A stretch of 63,220 nt of DNA, the filler included, from Lenisia limosa (lineage: Eukaryota > Protista > Breviatea): assembly GCA_001655205.1 (NCBI GenBank). It is 18 parts of 18 records of this genome, joined end to end, with 100 filler letters (N's around TTAATTAATTAA, not from the genome) between each part and the next. Parts side by side here need not be neighbours in the genome. Positions count along the whole stretch, not along the records: positions 26,064 to 29,347 come from LPNZ01001934.1; positions 29,448 to 31,179 come from LPNZ01006821.1; positions 31,280 to 36,848 come from LPNZ01006875.1; positions 36,949 to 38,452 come from LPNZ01004825.1; positions 38,553 to 41,335 come from LPNZ01011231.1; 13 more parts are not named here. One strand, 5' to 3'. A program made the translations under genes and the position numbers. Below the pieces are notes generated by a model. That model saw nothing but the letters and a program-made list of their open reading frames with translations. It was not told the DNA's origin and did no database searches. Positions 26,067-38,593 of the stretch are shown in pieces (the first letter of the stretch is position 1; each line of letters starts with the position of its first letter).

Positions 26067-29000
26067 GGTGGGATATCTGTTACGGGGCTATCCAAGTTTT
26101 GCCATCGCAAACAATCCTATCATTAAGCCATTGGTAACTTTCATCCCGATATTCCACGCCTCATACAACCATTACAATCACAGGTAATGCTTCTCAAACA
26201 AAACTATTACCCCATCACAATCAATCATTTTTTTTATATCTATTTATACATGACCCCCTTTCCAATCCATGTCATTTCCTAGTACTCACATTTATAGGCA
26301 GACGACTCGGACCTCCCCCCTCCAGCCGAGCCTAGTGACCTTGGTAGGCCCTTACTTTGGAGAAGGCAAAAAATAATTCATAATAATCGAAAGCTACAAA
26401 AACAATGGGGGTATGTCTCATTTTGGATTATGAATCCTTCCCTTTGGTGTGAATCATTTTCCAGAAATCCTCGAATAATATTGATATTTCCTAATAACCA
26501 CACATCCCACCACCGCCATCTCTTAACATCCCCAATGCCTTAGGCCACATTGCCTCAGAGGTGACTGTGGAGCTTCGGTCCAATTCGTCCGACGTTTCAT
26601 CCTCCGGTTCAGTCTCGTCTGGTGACAATGACAACAATACTGACGAAGAGGCTTCAATAGTGGGTTCCTATTGCGCACTTCCCGGTTTCCCTATTTGGAA
26701 GGTTTCTTGCTGTGAATTTCGTTTCATTTCCCCTTCTCTCAATGTAACCACCCTGCAGTTATTAAAACCTGTTTTTACAACGTATTGCCTCCTATTTAAA
26801 CACGACAGACGAGCAATGATGATATCAACATCGAGAGTTACAGTCAAGAAGACCAGGAAGAGGGCCAAGAAGAAAACAGTCACGAAGAGAGTCAAGAAGA
26901 AGACAGCCAGCACGAGGGCAGCCATGGCGACAGTGCGTCCGAACACTGGAATGAAGATGATGCGGTTGAGGATGGGGACGTAACATTGTCCGACATCGAC
27001 TCTGTTGTCTCGGATACCGGCAACGAGGGCTTCGGGCAGCCTGCTCCCGAGGCCATACCTTGGATTCAGGTCAGCCGGCCTGGGGGCTTTTGATGTGCCG
27101 CCCAAGGTCTTGTAAGGTCATTAATGCGAATTTTACATGCATTAATAAGATTACTTTGGGATTTATCTCGGATTTAGGTGGACGGTGACGGCACGGTGCA
27201 TCAGTTCACTCTGCCTGATACCTCTGAAGGACGGCACCATCGAGTGCAGCAAACTTCAGTCGCAAGAGTGCCGGACCCCCAGGTTGGCAATATTAATATA
27301 TGATATGCATTTCCTTTATTTTTGTTGCAAACTGTCACTGATGTCCATATTTATTTAGCCCAAACAGCCCCCCTCTCTCAACTTACAGCGTACACCCTCA
27401 AGCCAATCTTAATTGTTATCAACCTTTGTGTGTTGTCAGCCAACAGAGTTGATTTTGAGCTTTTTTTGTTTCAGAAGTTTTCCAGTTTTACCCCNNNNNN
27501 NNNNNNNNNNNNNNNNNNNNNNNNNNNNNNNNNNNNNNNNNNNNNNNNNNNNNNNNNNNNNNNNNNNNGCTACCGTGACATGACCACCCACGAATCTGCC
27601 CGAAACAGCCTCAGCGCCTTGCATCTCGAAACACCCAGTAGTCTGGCTCAGATCCATATGTGGGGGGCTTTCTTTGCTCTTGAAACAAACTGTATCATAT
27701 TTGAAAACTGAGTTCTAAACAAACTGAACAAGATGAAAAGCAGTATCTTCTGAGTGTCCTCTGGATGTTAAGATCAGACTTTTATATTGTACTCTGAAAG
27801 TATACTTTTGCATTATTTTTTTAAGATATTTTTTTATCTTTCGCCGTAGGTCGTATGCCAGGGAGATCAGTGCTCGAATTAACCGAGACGTTTCGCAGCA
27901 CTCCGGCTTAACAGAGGTGACTCGAGCGTCCAGGCCAAGTCACAGGCCGTTTTATGACGATGTTAACCTGTCTGGGTGGAATGCCCCGTTACAGAGTTGG
28001 GGGAGTGGGAAGTGTCAGTTTATGAATCCTCTGGAAAATTTTATTGGCGACCAATATTGTTGCCCCTTCTATACAATATTCTGACCCCACAGGTGGAGCC
28101 TAGTTTACGCAATATTGTTGCCCCTTCTATACCATATTCTGACCCCATAGGTGGAGCCAGCCAGCCCAGTAGCTCCGCAGATCTACAGATACAGACCTTA
28201 GCCGAAATGAGCGGATTGTCGCAGCCAGGATCGTCTGGACTCAGCCCGGTCCGGATCGCTGGGTGGGGGGAGAGGAGTAAATAATGGTTTGTTTCATAAA
28301 TTTTCCCATTTTACCCCCCCCCCCCCCNNNNNNNNNNNNNNNNNNNNNNNNNNNNNNNNNNNNNNNNNNNNNNNNNNNNNNNNNNNNNNNNNNNNNNNNN
28401 NNNNNNNNNNNNNNNNNNNNNNNNNNNNNNNNNNNNNGGGGGGAACCGGGTAGCTTCCGTCATCAACTCGACAGGATGCGCAACTCACTCCAGGCGCTGG
28501 CGCAACGCATTCCCAACGGCAACAACGCCTTGCACGGCCTGGGTGATGATGAAGGTCACGACGATGATGAAGGTCATGATGATGGACATGATGACGATGG
28601 TCATGACGAGTCTAGTAGCGAGAATGATGATGGTGATGGTGGTGACATGGACAGTGAAGAGGGTGAAGAGGGGGATCATCAAGAGGAGGCCCCGCAACCA
28701 CCCCAAGCCCAAACCAGCTCTGCTGATACCCAGACTGATAGCTCTATTCCCCCAGTGGATATTCCTGGAATGGGTGAAGAAGATATTGCTGAACCTGGAA
28801 TGGGTGAAGAAGAAGAAGAACAGGAAATTGTTGAAAGAATTCAAGAAACCATTGCTGAAACAATTGAGGAAAACATTGCTGAAAGAATTGAGGAAAACAT
28901 TGCTGAGCAAAATATGCAAGAAGAAGAAAAACCTGAGAGTATAGAAGAAGAACAGCCTGAAAGCATGGAAGAAGAAGATGACGAAGCAGCTAAAGACGGA

Positions 29001-29347
29001 CAAGAAGAAGCAGAACCAGCAATGCAAGAAGAGGAGACCGAGGGCCCCACTGCTGGTGGGGTCATTTCCGTTGAGGAACACGTCACACACCCCTCATCAT
29101 CCCCACACCCTGAGTCCACTTCAATGGATGTCGACGCTGACGAATTTACCACGGCAGTTATCAATGCAGCTAATGCAGCTCATACAACGTCCTCACCGCC
29201 CCTTCTCTCTTCCCCCCAGCAAATCCGTCCGCTTGATGGCACAATAACCCGGGACGCCCCCGACGCCGTAATTGAGGAGTCTGCCCTGGTTACACCTGTT
29301 ACTGCGCTCACGTCGCTCTTGGCGTCCACGCCTAATCTCGACTCTCC
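26067..29347 (+). CDS. Protein fragment with long Asp/Glu-rich low-complexity region
   Basis: About 900 bp open exon (28441-29347) rich in D/E plus an upstream acidic exon (SQEDQEEGQEENSHEESQEED); coding-like GAR/GAY bias. Confidence 0.65.
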
Positions 29348-30310
29348 NNNNNNNNNNNNNNNNNNNNNNNNNNNNNNNNNNNNNNNNNNNNTTAATTAAT
29401 TAANNNNNNNNNNNNNNNNNNNNNNNNNNNNNNNNNNNNNNNNNNNNAGGAGCTCTGTCACGCTGTTTCCTCGTTCAATGACAATGGGCAAGAGATGGCT
29501 GATAGCACTGTACAAGCAACACAGCTTTCGGTGAACCAAGGTGCCATTGTAGAACAAGTCTCTCGTCCACTGTCGTTCTTGCATGTTCCCCCCCCATCAT
29601 CGTGTTGCTATTTTGGCCCCAGGAGAGGTATGTATTGGACTTTTGTTTATGAATAGCTTTTCAAATAATCTTTTATTATCATTAGATTGTATGCAACACT
29701 GCAGATGTTAAGGAGACGGTGCTGAGAAAAGTATAGTGCGACACTTCACAAGGCGCAATCCTGTCACTCCTCACTGCGATTAAGAGAGGTTAGTGTTTAC
29801 TATCATGTGAGGATTGCTATTTTTATGAAATTTAACCCATTGAAGGTGGAGCGAAAGCAGCTTTAGCACAAAGCAAAGCAGCGAAGGAAAAACGCCAAGC
29901 TGAAAAGGCCGCGGAGCATGCAAGCAAGAGGAAGAAGCCATAGGTGGGTACACTTACGCTATGCGATTCCATTCTTCCTTTCTTTTTTTGTAAAGGAATT
30001 TCTCGTTGGGAGTCCGCGCTCGTAGTTTGTGTTTTATTTTGTATTTGCTATCTTGACTGTGTTTTTTGTTTTATTTGGCAACACACTGGCTCTTGCTTTT
30101 TTTTGGAAAATACTTGGGTGTNNNNNNNNNNNNNNNNNNNNNNNNNNNNNNNNNNNNNNNNNNNNNNNNNNNNNNNNNNNNNNNNNNNNNNNNNNNNNNN
30201 NNNNNNNNNNNNNNNNNNNNNNNNNNNNNNNNNNNNNNNNNNNNNNNNNNNNNNNNNNNNNNNNNNNNNNNNNNNNNNNNNNNNNNNNNNNNNNNNNNNN
30301 NNNNNNNNNN

Positions 30311-31086
30311 GGTCCTATCTACCCAGTCGTCAATGAATTGGAAGTCCCAAAGCCGAGTGCTGTATGCGTCCATCTTCATGACCTTGCCAGCAACAAACTC
30401 GAACGTGCGCATATCTACAAGAATATTACTAGGGCTTAGCTCCCGTCAGAAAAAGATCTGTGATATTTTGATAGTATTCGAAGATACACCAAGAAATTTA
30501 GTCTTCCCTTACCCTTTATACTCAAAATATCAGAAAGAGCTACACCCCCTTTTCATGCCCAAAAATTAATTAAAAATACTCCTTTCATACCCAGGTGGTT
30601 GTTCGTATCGCTGATTGGCGACCCTGGATGTGTTAGCGGCATAGGGCCTCACTTTAGTACGAAAAAGTCCGATCAAATATCGATAGTTTTCGAGGATTTA
30701 TCGAGATCAGTATTTTTTCAATCCAAAGGGAAGTCCTAGGTAGAGGTGCAGGAAAAAAACCAAATAACCACACGAGTCACATCTGTTGTCCCGTAACCAC
30801 TAGTGAGTGATAATCACATGATTGCTGTCCATATTCTTGAGATATGCATGTTGTCCATATCCACGAGAGATATGAACGTTGTCCATTATCCACGAGAGAT
30901 ATGATTGCTGTCCATATCCACGAGAGATATGATTGCTGTCCATATCCACGAGAGATATGCATGTTGTCAATTTATACATGAGAAATATGAATGTTGTCCC
31001 CTATGGACGAGAGATGCTTCCAAAAGAAAGTCCATTTACCCCCCCCTCGCGTACCTGGGTAGATCGTTGCGTCTCCATCGTTGCAG
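30311..31086 (-). CDS. Small protein fragment, possibly SnoaL/NTF2-like
   Basis: Exon MRTFEFVAGKVMKMDAYSTRLWDF resembles the FxFxDGKIxxxxxY end of SnoaL-like folds; upstream exon near 31050. Confidence 0.3.
30818..30972. repeat. Minisatellite, ~28-bp unit (ATGATTGCTGTCCATATCCACGAGAGAT), about 5-6 copies
   Basis: Tandem units read directly; lies in a probable intron. Confidence 0.9.
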
Positions 31087-33281
31087 GTGGCTGTGGAAAA
31101 TAAAAACTGTAGATAAATTCATATAGCAATGAGAAATAAAAAAACAAGGTTGTATCTGACCGAAGCCGTCCACACCATCNNNNNNNNNNNNNNNNNNNNN
31201 NNNNNNNNNNNNNNNNNNNNNNNTTAATTAATTAANNNNNNNNNNNNNNNNNNNNNNNNNNNNNNNNNNNNNNNNNNNNACTCCAGTGTACGAAAACATG
31301 ATGCGATGAGGCGAAGGGAGTATAGAAGGAGAAGAATGGGTGATAATTAGAGATACTTTTCAAAACTATTTTGCCAAATCCTAGTTCCAAGAGAGACTTT
31401 ATCTTTATGAACCAAGTTCCAATAGAGACTTTATTGTTGTGATCCTAGTTTGAATAGAGACTTTATCATTATGATCCTAGTTTCAAAAGAGACTTCACCG
31501 CAACAAAAGAGGTGGCAACGTTGGAGATATTCGGATTTGTGTGTACAAACAATTGCAAATGGTTTCGGGTTCAAACCTCCCTCCCCTTCTTTCACTTCGA
31601 GTTGGGGGTCACCAGAATTCCGCTGGTATACAGTGCAGCGATAAGTCCTGACACGGAAACTGAGCTTTATCCTCACTCAATCGTGTTAGGACTAATCCAG
31701 TCAATGTAAGGCAAGCCCAGGATGTCCACTCCACAAACCTTAACAAAATTCTATATCTCCTGAGTCTGTACCCACAGGAAAACCGGGTTTGAGTGAGATG
31801 TTCAGGGCTGGGGTGGTGAGTGGAAATTCAAAATGAGCAGGACAAGAAATCCCACAATATTGTAGAAATTAAGGCAGTTCTGGTCGAAACCGTCTATGGT
31901 ATATATAATTGAGGAGAAAAAGCCGTGTTAGACAAAGAAATGAAATGCCACACTATGTATGTAGCAAAGTGAGGATATAGTGGGTGTGTAGCAGTGCTTG
32001 ATGCTATATGGCTGGCTCATATTTCCCTTCTTTCTTAAACACTATTCCGTAGTATCCACACCTCAACATGGCTGTTGCCCCAGAGTGTCCACACCTCAAA
32101 CATAGCTGTTGCCCAGAGGGAATATAATCATACACAAAAAGCCGCACACAGCGAACGCAATAAACAACTGCCATCATTTAATACCAAGCATATCCTCAGT
32201 ATCATGTAACACCGACCATTAATAAAGGCTTAATTAAATTGTGGACATGTGAACTGATATTCCTGTGAAAATTGACTGAAAAGTCTTCTTTCATCAAACT
32301 ACATGGACTATAGGAGTTTGCTATACAAGCTAATTCAATCAATCTGATTTGTTATATTAATAATTTGAGATTACGCCAACACATTAATTTTGCCCCCCCT
32401 TTTTTTTAGTACAACCTGCTGCCCAAGTATCAGGGAAACCCTCATTTGTTATATACCCACTTACGTATGTTATTGAACTCTCAATACTTTCTTTAGACAG
32501 TGTATTAGCATTTCTTGTAAATTGATAAAAGGAAAAGGTAACGTATCAAATTACTTTTGACATATTGCATGGAGTCAACACATAAAACAAACACAGACAA
32601 GAGAGACACAATTACAACATATCGGATATCTTAAGTAACACAACCGCTTTTCGTAGTCTTCAGTTGAATAAAACACAAATGCTCCTCGAAAGGAGGAGCC
32701 TTTAGTAAAATAACTGCTTGCAAAATCATATCCTCACTAGCTGATAGAGTCAAGAAAACTGTTTATGTTGATGCCCATGTAATCCCCATCCTTACAAACA
32801 GCCAACCTTCTTACATTCTTCTTATGCAAAGGTGGTAAGAAGAGATATTGGAAAACGCAATGCCAAAGTGAGGTTGCTTTCTTTTGTTGATTTGATTTGT
32901 TTGACAGAGAGGAAAGAGAGCGACAAGAACAAAAAAATAATTCAAAGCGCTCTTCTGATCTTGGCAATCGCGGGCGAGGTTTGAATACGTTGATGATTGA
33001 TAAGCAGGACAAGGTTAAGAACAGAATAGAGAACTGAAGTAGGGCTTAAGAAAGCAGCCAATGTTCAAGCGGAGGAAATCGGAAAATCTACGATAGAAAA
33101 GGAGGTCAAGTTTTGAATTCCCTATTTAGCAAAAACCAATTCTCCTCTATTACCTCTCAGTTGAGATTTAAATCAAAAAACATCGATTAAAAAAAGCAAC
33201 ATATAAATTCCTCGAAATGAATAACTTACAAATTATATTAAATAACTGGTGAGTACACCAGGAAAGAGATCACAGCTTAAT

Positions 33282-33749
33282 TTAGAAGTTGTTCTCAAGG
33301 AGATAGTCGGCGAGTCTCTCGACAATGGTGGTGCATTGTCCGGGTTGGATCTTCTCGTCGTAGGTGGCAATGAGGACAGCCTGATTGGTCTTGACGCAGA
33401 CGGCACCGGAGGAGCCCTTCTTGGCGTAGATGGAGCGAGAATCGGCCTTGATGGTCATCATCTTGTCGCCACCAATGCGGATACCGGCACCGAGAACGGA
33501 GGCGGGGTCAGTGAAAGCGTTGACGAGAGCCTTGCCTTCACCAGCTTGGAGCTAGAAAAAATTAAGATTATTTCGGGGAAAGTGTTAAATCTTACAGCGA
33601 AGTCCTTGGAGGTGGCCCAAACGGAGCCCTCAAGACCGATGATGCAAGCGCGGCTAGAAAAGTCAGAAAGGGAAACAAAAAAAAAAGGAAACAAACTTGC
33701 ACTGTCCAGTTCCGACGAGCTGGGTATCAACGTATCCTTGCCAAGACAT
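33282..33749 (-). CDS. Profilin, complete, 3 exons
   Basis: MSWQGYVDTQLVGTGQCNRACIIGLEGSVWATSKDFALQAGEGKALVNAFTDPASVLGAGIRIGGDKMMTIKADSRSIYAKKGSSGAVCVKTNQAVLIATYDEKIQPGQCTTIVERLADYLLENNF-stop; two GT-AG introns. Confidence 0.97.
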
Positions 33750-34581
33750 ATTTAATAACTTTCTTCAAACGAAGTGATGAAGAAAAATTTCAACAATTGG
33801 AACAAAAGTGAAAGAATGAACTGAACTTAGTCTCTTAAATAAACTGGGTGACTTTTCACATCATTATCAGGCCATGATTTGTAAACGGCGCCTTCATATA
33901 CAATTTGCTCCACTTTATTTTATATTTAATATAAAAATACGATTAAACAGCCGGCGTTGCTATTTATACTATACCGACTGGGCACTAAAATTCATCCGCG
34001 TTTTTCCAGCGTTTTTCATCACGTCCTTATCAGTTCTCTGTGCGTGTATCTTTTTCATTAGTTCTATGTGATATCATTCCCGAGATAATATTGAAAATGC
34101 CCAGAATAAGTTTCACATAGTTGGGGATCCTTGACCAGTATGTACAATGCTGGCCTCCAGCCTGCGGTTAAGCAGTACAAACGGCAAATAAAGGTTGAAA
34201 AGCTTGAACTTTTTCCGGTTTGCCTCTAAGCTTTTCCAACAGATGTGATTTTATTAGGTCGAGTCGCGGCAAACTCTTGATGCCTTCTCAGGATCGGTTT
34301 TATTATCATTGTACCTTTTTGTCAACTTGTTTACGAGTTTTGGTGGGCCTGGGAATCGGGTTTTTTTGACGTGGTCTGCCCAAACACAGCCACTCACCTT
34401 TTAGTGTTGCATGGGATCGAGGTTACCTCCAAGACGTTTGTCCTAAGTAAGCAAGGCTATTTCTTGTGGTTCCTCTCCCCGCTTTTCGATCAAAGCATGT
34501 TTCCTCTCATCATTTTTCATCCTCTCTTCCCCTTCCCCTGCGTATCTCTTTTTTTTTTTCTTCTTCTAACACATTTAACGC

Positions 34582-36390
34582 AGAAACATTTGTCAGCTTC
34601 ATCGCCATCTTCCTGTCGCTCTTCCTCTACATCTCAGCTCACTCACCCCCAACATATCATGCTAAGGTATGGGGAGGGGGGGTCTTCAAGCTGTGAGACA
34701 TAATCGTCAATTATCACACACCGGGGGTTGTGTTTGTCTGTCATTAAAAAAGAGGGTTGTAAGGGATGGGGATAATGGGGACCAATCATGAGTTTGAAAA
34801 GACCCGAGTTGCCTTTTCCTGGCTCGGAGAATTAATACGCCGACCATCATGATCCCTCATCTCATACTTTATTGCTGCTTCTCGTTTATTTTGTCTCCTT
34901 AGATATCTGCCTCTGTTCTTCTTATTTCTGAAATGGGTTTTGAACCTGCTTGGTCTCCGGACTAACGGTATAAATGGAGTTTGTGGGTCACTTTTCGATT
35001 TATTCAGTCTTTTTTTGGACCGAAGTGGAGCCCCATACACCTGCTCTCTGAAAGTTTAAAGTTGTGTTTATTCAATGTTCATATGTGGAACAAGTGCAGA
35101 GCATGATGTTTGCGCGTGCATGCTGAATGTAAAGCAATTCAATGCTGTCTTCTCATCTTGTGTATTACCCATTTCAATTCCGTGCTACTGTAAACTTTTG
35201 TTATGCAGTTTTATACGTGACGGTGGTGACGGCTTCATCTTGAGACCCCCTTTATGTATTTTTGTGACCCAATCAGTGAAATCCTTGTGTTTTTTCACTC
35301 AATGTGGCCGCTCCCCATCATTTAAGTGGAACTTTTTGTAACTTCTAGTAACCCCCTCCAGATGGTTATCCTGCTGGCCGTGGAGGTCTGTTACAGTTTA
35401 TCGCTCATCATCGACATTGCTGATCCCAATTTTGTTCCTCTCGCCATTTGTGGCGTTGTCATCTCCATTCTGCATTCCTACCGTTTGTGGATGTTCAATT
35501 ATTTTAGGGGGGGGGGTGTTCTCAAGCAATTCCGATCCCCACTGGCCTGGGCGTTGTATTATCAACCCTTGTGTTATCAGCCAACAGAGTTGATTTTGGG
35601 CTTTTTTTTTTCTTTTTTTTTTCTTTTTTTTTTCATAAATTTTCCAATTTTACCCCCCCCCCCCNNNNNNNNNNNNNNNNNNNNNNNNNNNNNNNNNNNN
35701 NNNNNNNNNNNNNNNNNNNNNNNNNNNNNNNNNNNNNNNNNNNNNNNNNNNNTTGGTGTCCTTTGCTTCTATTATTGGTTGGGGGGCTGATCAAGTCATA
35801 TGATATGATATTCGCAAAAGTAACGTATTTTTTTGGACTCTTTGTATCCAATTGAAGCGTTAAAATTTGTTCAGACACTTAACTATTTTGCAATTAATAT
35901 CTTCAAAAATTAATTGCATGAAGTCCTAACAAATGCCGATCTGTGATGAGTCCTAACAAATGCTGATCTGTAATGTATTGAGAATTCATCAACACATTCA
36001 GCCGTTTTTAACCTTTCAGTTTTTGCGACTTCCATTCCACACGCCTTCCTACTCTTCTCCATTGTCATCCTTTTTTTCGTTGTTGTCACGCACAACCTTT
36101 CAAAACATGTGAGCACATTCGTTATTACCGGCAATCTTGATCGTCCATTTTTTGTGATAATTGATGGCGGGGAGTATCATGTGAACTCAAGCATGATGAA
36201 GTGGACGGCTTTGCCCAAATACAACTTTGTTTTATTTCTCATCTCTCTCTATATAGTAGCAACAATCAATAGTAAGACCTCGGAAAAGTGACCATCTCAG
36301 CTTTGCATTAACAGTCCACAGGAGGAGATTTTGGTTACGACACAAGCTTCGGCCAGCCGTTTGTCTGAAGCAATTAAATCATTACAAGTG
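34582..36390 (+). CDS. Multi-pass membrane protein fragment, unknown family
   Basis: Hydrophobic splice-bounded exons: ETFVSFIAIFLSLFLYISAH, MVILLAVEVCYSLSLII..VPLAICGVVISILHSY. Confidence 0.45.
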
Positions 36391-37149
36391 GGGAGGGGCC
36401 TACATTAAATCCCTACAGGCGTGTGCCCTGTCTAGTCTTGGGCTTTGTTTTGTTGTTCTCAACTCTCTGTGTTCTAGCCAACTGNNNNNNNNNNNNNNNN
36501 NNNNNNNNNNNNNNNNNNNNNNNNNNNNNNNNNNNNNNNNNNNNNNNNNNNNNNNNNNNNNNNNNNNNNNNNNNNNNNNNNNNNNNNNNNNNNNNNNNNN
36601 NNNNNNNNNNNNNNNNNNNNNNNNNNNNNNNNNNNNNNNNNNNNNNNNNNNNNNNNNNNNNNNNNNNNNNNNNNNNNNNNNNNNNNNNNNNNNNNNNNNN
36701 NNNNNNNNNNNAGAAATTCAGTCGTTTTCTGGTTCGGAATGAATCCTCAGAAACAATATAAAATTCCAGCTTAGCGTTCCACTTCCCTCCCTTGCTTTCT
36801 CTCCAATCGATTTGTACCCATGTCCATTTTAACTCGCGATTTTGATTANNNNNNNNNNNNNNNNNNNNNNNNNNNNNNNNNNNNNNNNNNNNTTAATTAA
36901 TTAANNNNNNNNNNNNNNNNNNNNNNNNNNNNNNNNNNNNNNNNNNNNCTGACAACACACGAGAGTTGATAATAACCAAACAAACAAAGCCCAGGCCTTG
37001 GGGGAATTTGGGTATTAGTATTTTTTTATACTACCAATATTGTGGATGATATCATATTTATGGGAATAAGATGAGTCAAGGAGGGAAACGAAGACACTTT
37101 TTGAAACATTTCGCAATGAAAAACACCTCGAAAAACACTAACAAAACAG

Positions 37150-38414
37150 GAGACGTGCTCATTGCGGCTGCCTTTATTTCCTATGCTGGATGCTTCAATA
37201 GGAACTATCGTGAAGAGTTACTGAACAAACAGTGGGGGGGAGGCACCATATATATTATTTGTTTATAATACGTATATTAAAAATACACGGTGATTTTTGC
37301 TGTCTTCTCCGATTTGCTATGTGATTTCCCAAGGAAAATCGGTCAAGACTCATCCCAATAATATATACTATTACTACATAGGGCTTCACTTCGGTTCGAT
37401 ATTTTACCGTTCTTTTTCGAACCGAAGTGAAGCCCTTCTTATACATATTGATATGATATTTATAATAAAATATTATGTGATTGATTTCCCAAGGAAACAA
37501 GGTCAAGACTTATCCCTGTTACTGTATATGATATGGTATATCTAGAACATTGGCCATGCCATGCTTTATTTGCCCTTCCCGCTTGCTTCATTTACTCCCA
37601 CAAGAAACTAACCCTCCATAGTTGGCTTCCCTTCGTTCGCGATAACAAGATCCCGGTTTCCGAAGACGTTGACCCCCTCCTGCTCCTGACCGATGGTGCG
37701 AAGGGTGTTTCTAAAATATCATATTATTGTATTATATATACCATACCTTGTTTACAGTATCTATTTAAATTGTGCATAGTGTCTGTATACAACTGGTATC
37801 ACAAAACCCTGAAAGATGAATCCCCCCTTCCTCCATAAAATCCTTAACCACAAACTACATATCACATCAGATAACCCTCCACAGGAGCGGAGATCGCCCA
37901 CTGGTCCAACCAAGGCCTCCCGACCGATAGAGTCTCGGTTGAGAACGGCAGCATTGTCACCAACTGTGCTCGGTATGTGGGGGTTATCAGCCAACAGAGT
38001 TGATTTGAGGGTTTTTTTATTATTATTTTCCAGCATTATGTGATTTGTACCTTTACGCAAATACTCTTCATCGAGATTTTCTTTGTTTTANNNNNNNNNN
38101 NNNNNNNNNNNNNNNNNNNNNNNNNNNNNNNNNNNNNNNNNNNNNNNNNNNNNNNNNNNNNNNNNNNNNNNNNNNNNNNNNNNNNNNNNNNNNNNNNNNN
38201 NNNNNNNNNNNNNNNNNNNNNNNNNNNNNNNNNNNNNNNNNNNNNNNNNNNNNNNNNNNNNNNNNNNNNNNNNNNNATCACATAAATTGTCCAAATTCAC
38301 TCCCACAAAAGGTGGCCGCTCATTATTGACCCTCAACTGCAAGGCATCGAATGGATCAAGCGGAAGGCCGAGGACATTCACACTGTCCGGTTCAACAGCA
38401 AGCACTATTTGAAG
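37150..38414 (+). CDS. Axonemal outer-arm dynein heavy chain (DNAH9/11/17-type), stalk to AAA5 fragment
   Basis: GDVLIAAAFISYAGCFNRNYREELLNKQ|WLPFVRDNKIPVSEDVDPLLLLTD|GAEIAHWSNQGLPTDRVSVENGSIVTNCAR|WPLIIDPQLQGIEWIK; DPQLQG is typical of outer-arm alpha/beta-type chains (cytoplasmic dynein has DPSGQA). Confidence 0.9.
37381..37435. mobile_element. MITE-like element with perfect 19-bp TIR (GGGCTTCACTTCGGTTCGA...TCGAACCGAAGTGAAGCCC)
   Basis: Perfect inverted repeat read directly; related termini or cores at 147-162, 30650-30740, 34945-35035, 45030-45075, 45925, 47365-47440, 48417-48530, 49189. Confidence 0.7.
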
Positions 38415-38593
38415 GTGAGAGACGGGGGAATTATTTCAAGAAATGGGGGGATNNNNNNNNNNNNNNNNNNNNNNNNNNNNNNNNNNNNNNNNNNNNTTAA
38501 TTAATTAANNNNNNNNNNNNNNNNNNNNNNNNNNNNNNNNNNNNNNNNNNNNCCTTGTTTATTTTTCTCACACTATTTCTAACGTTAATGTAG

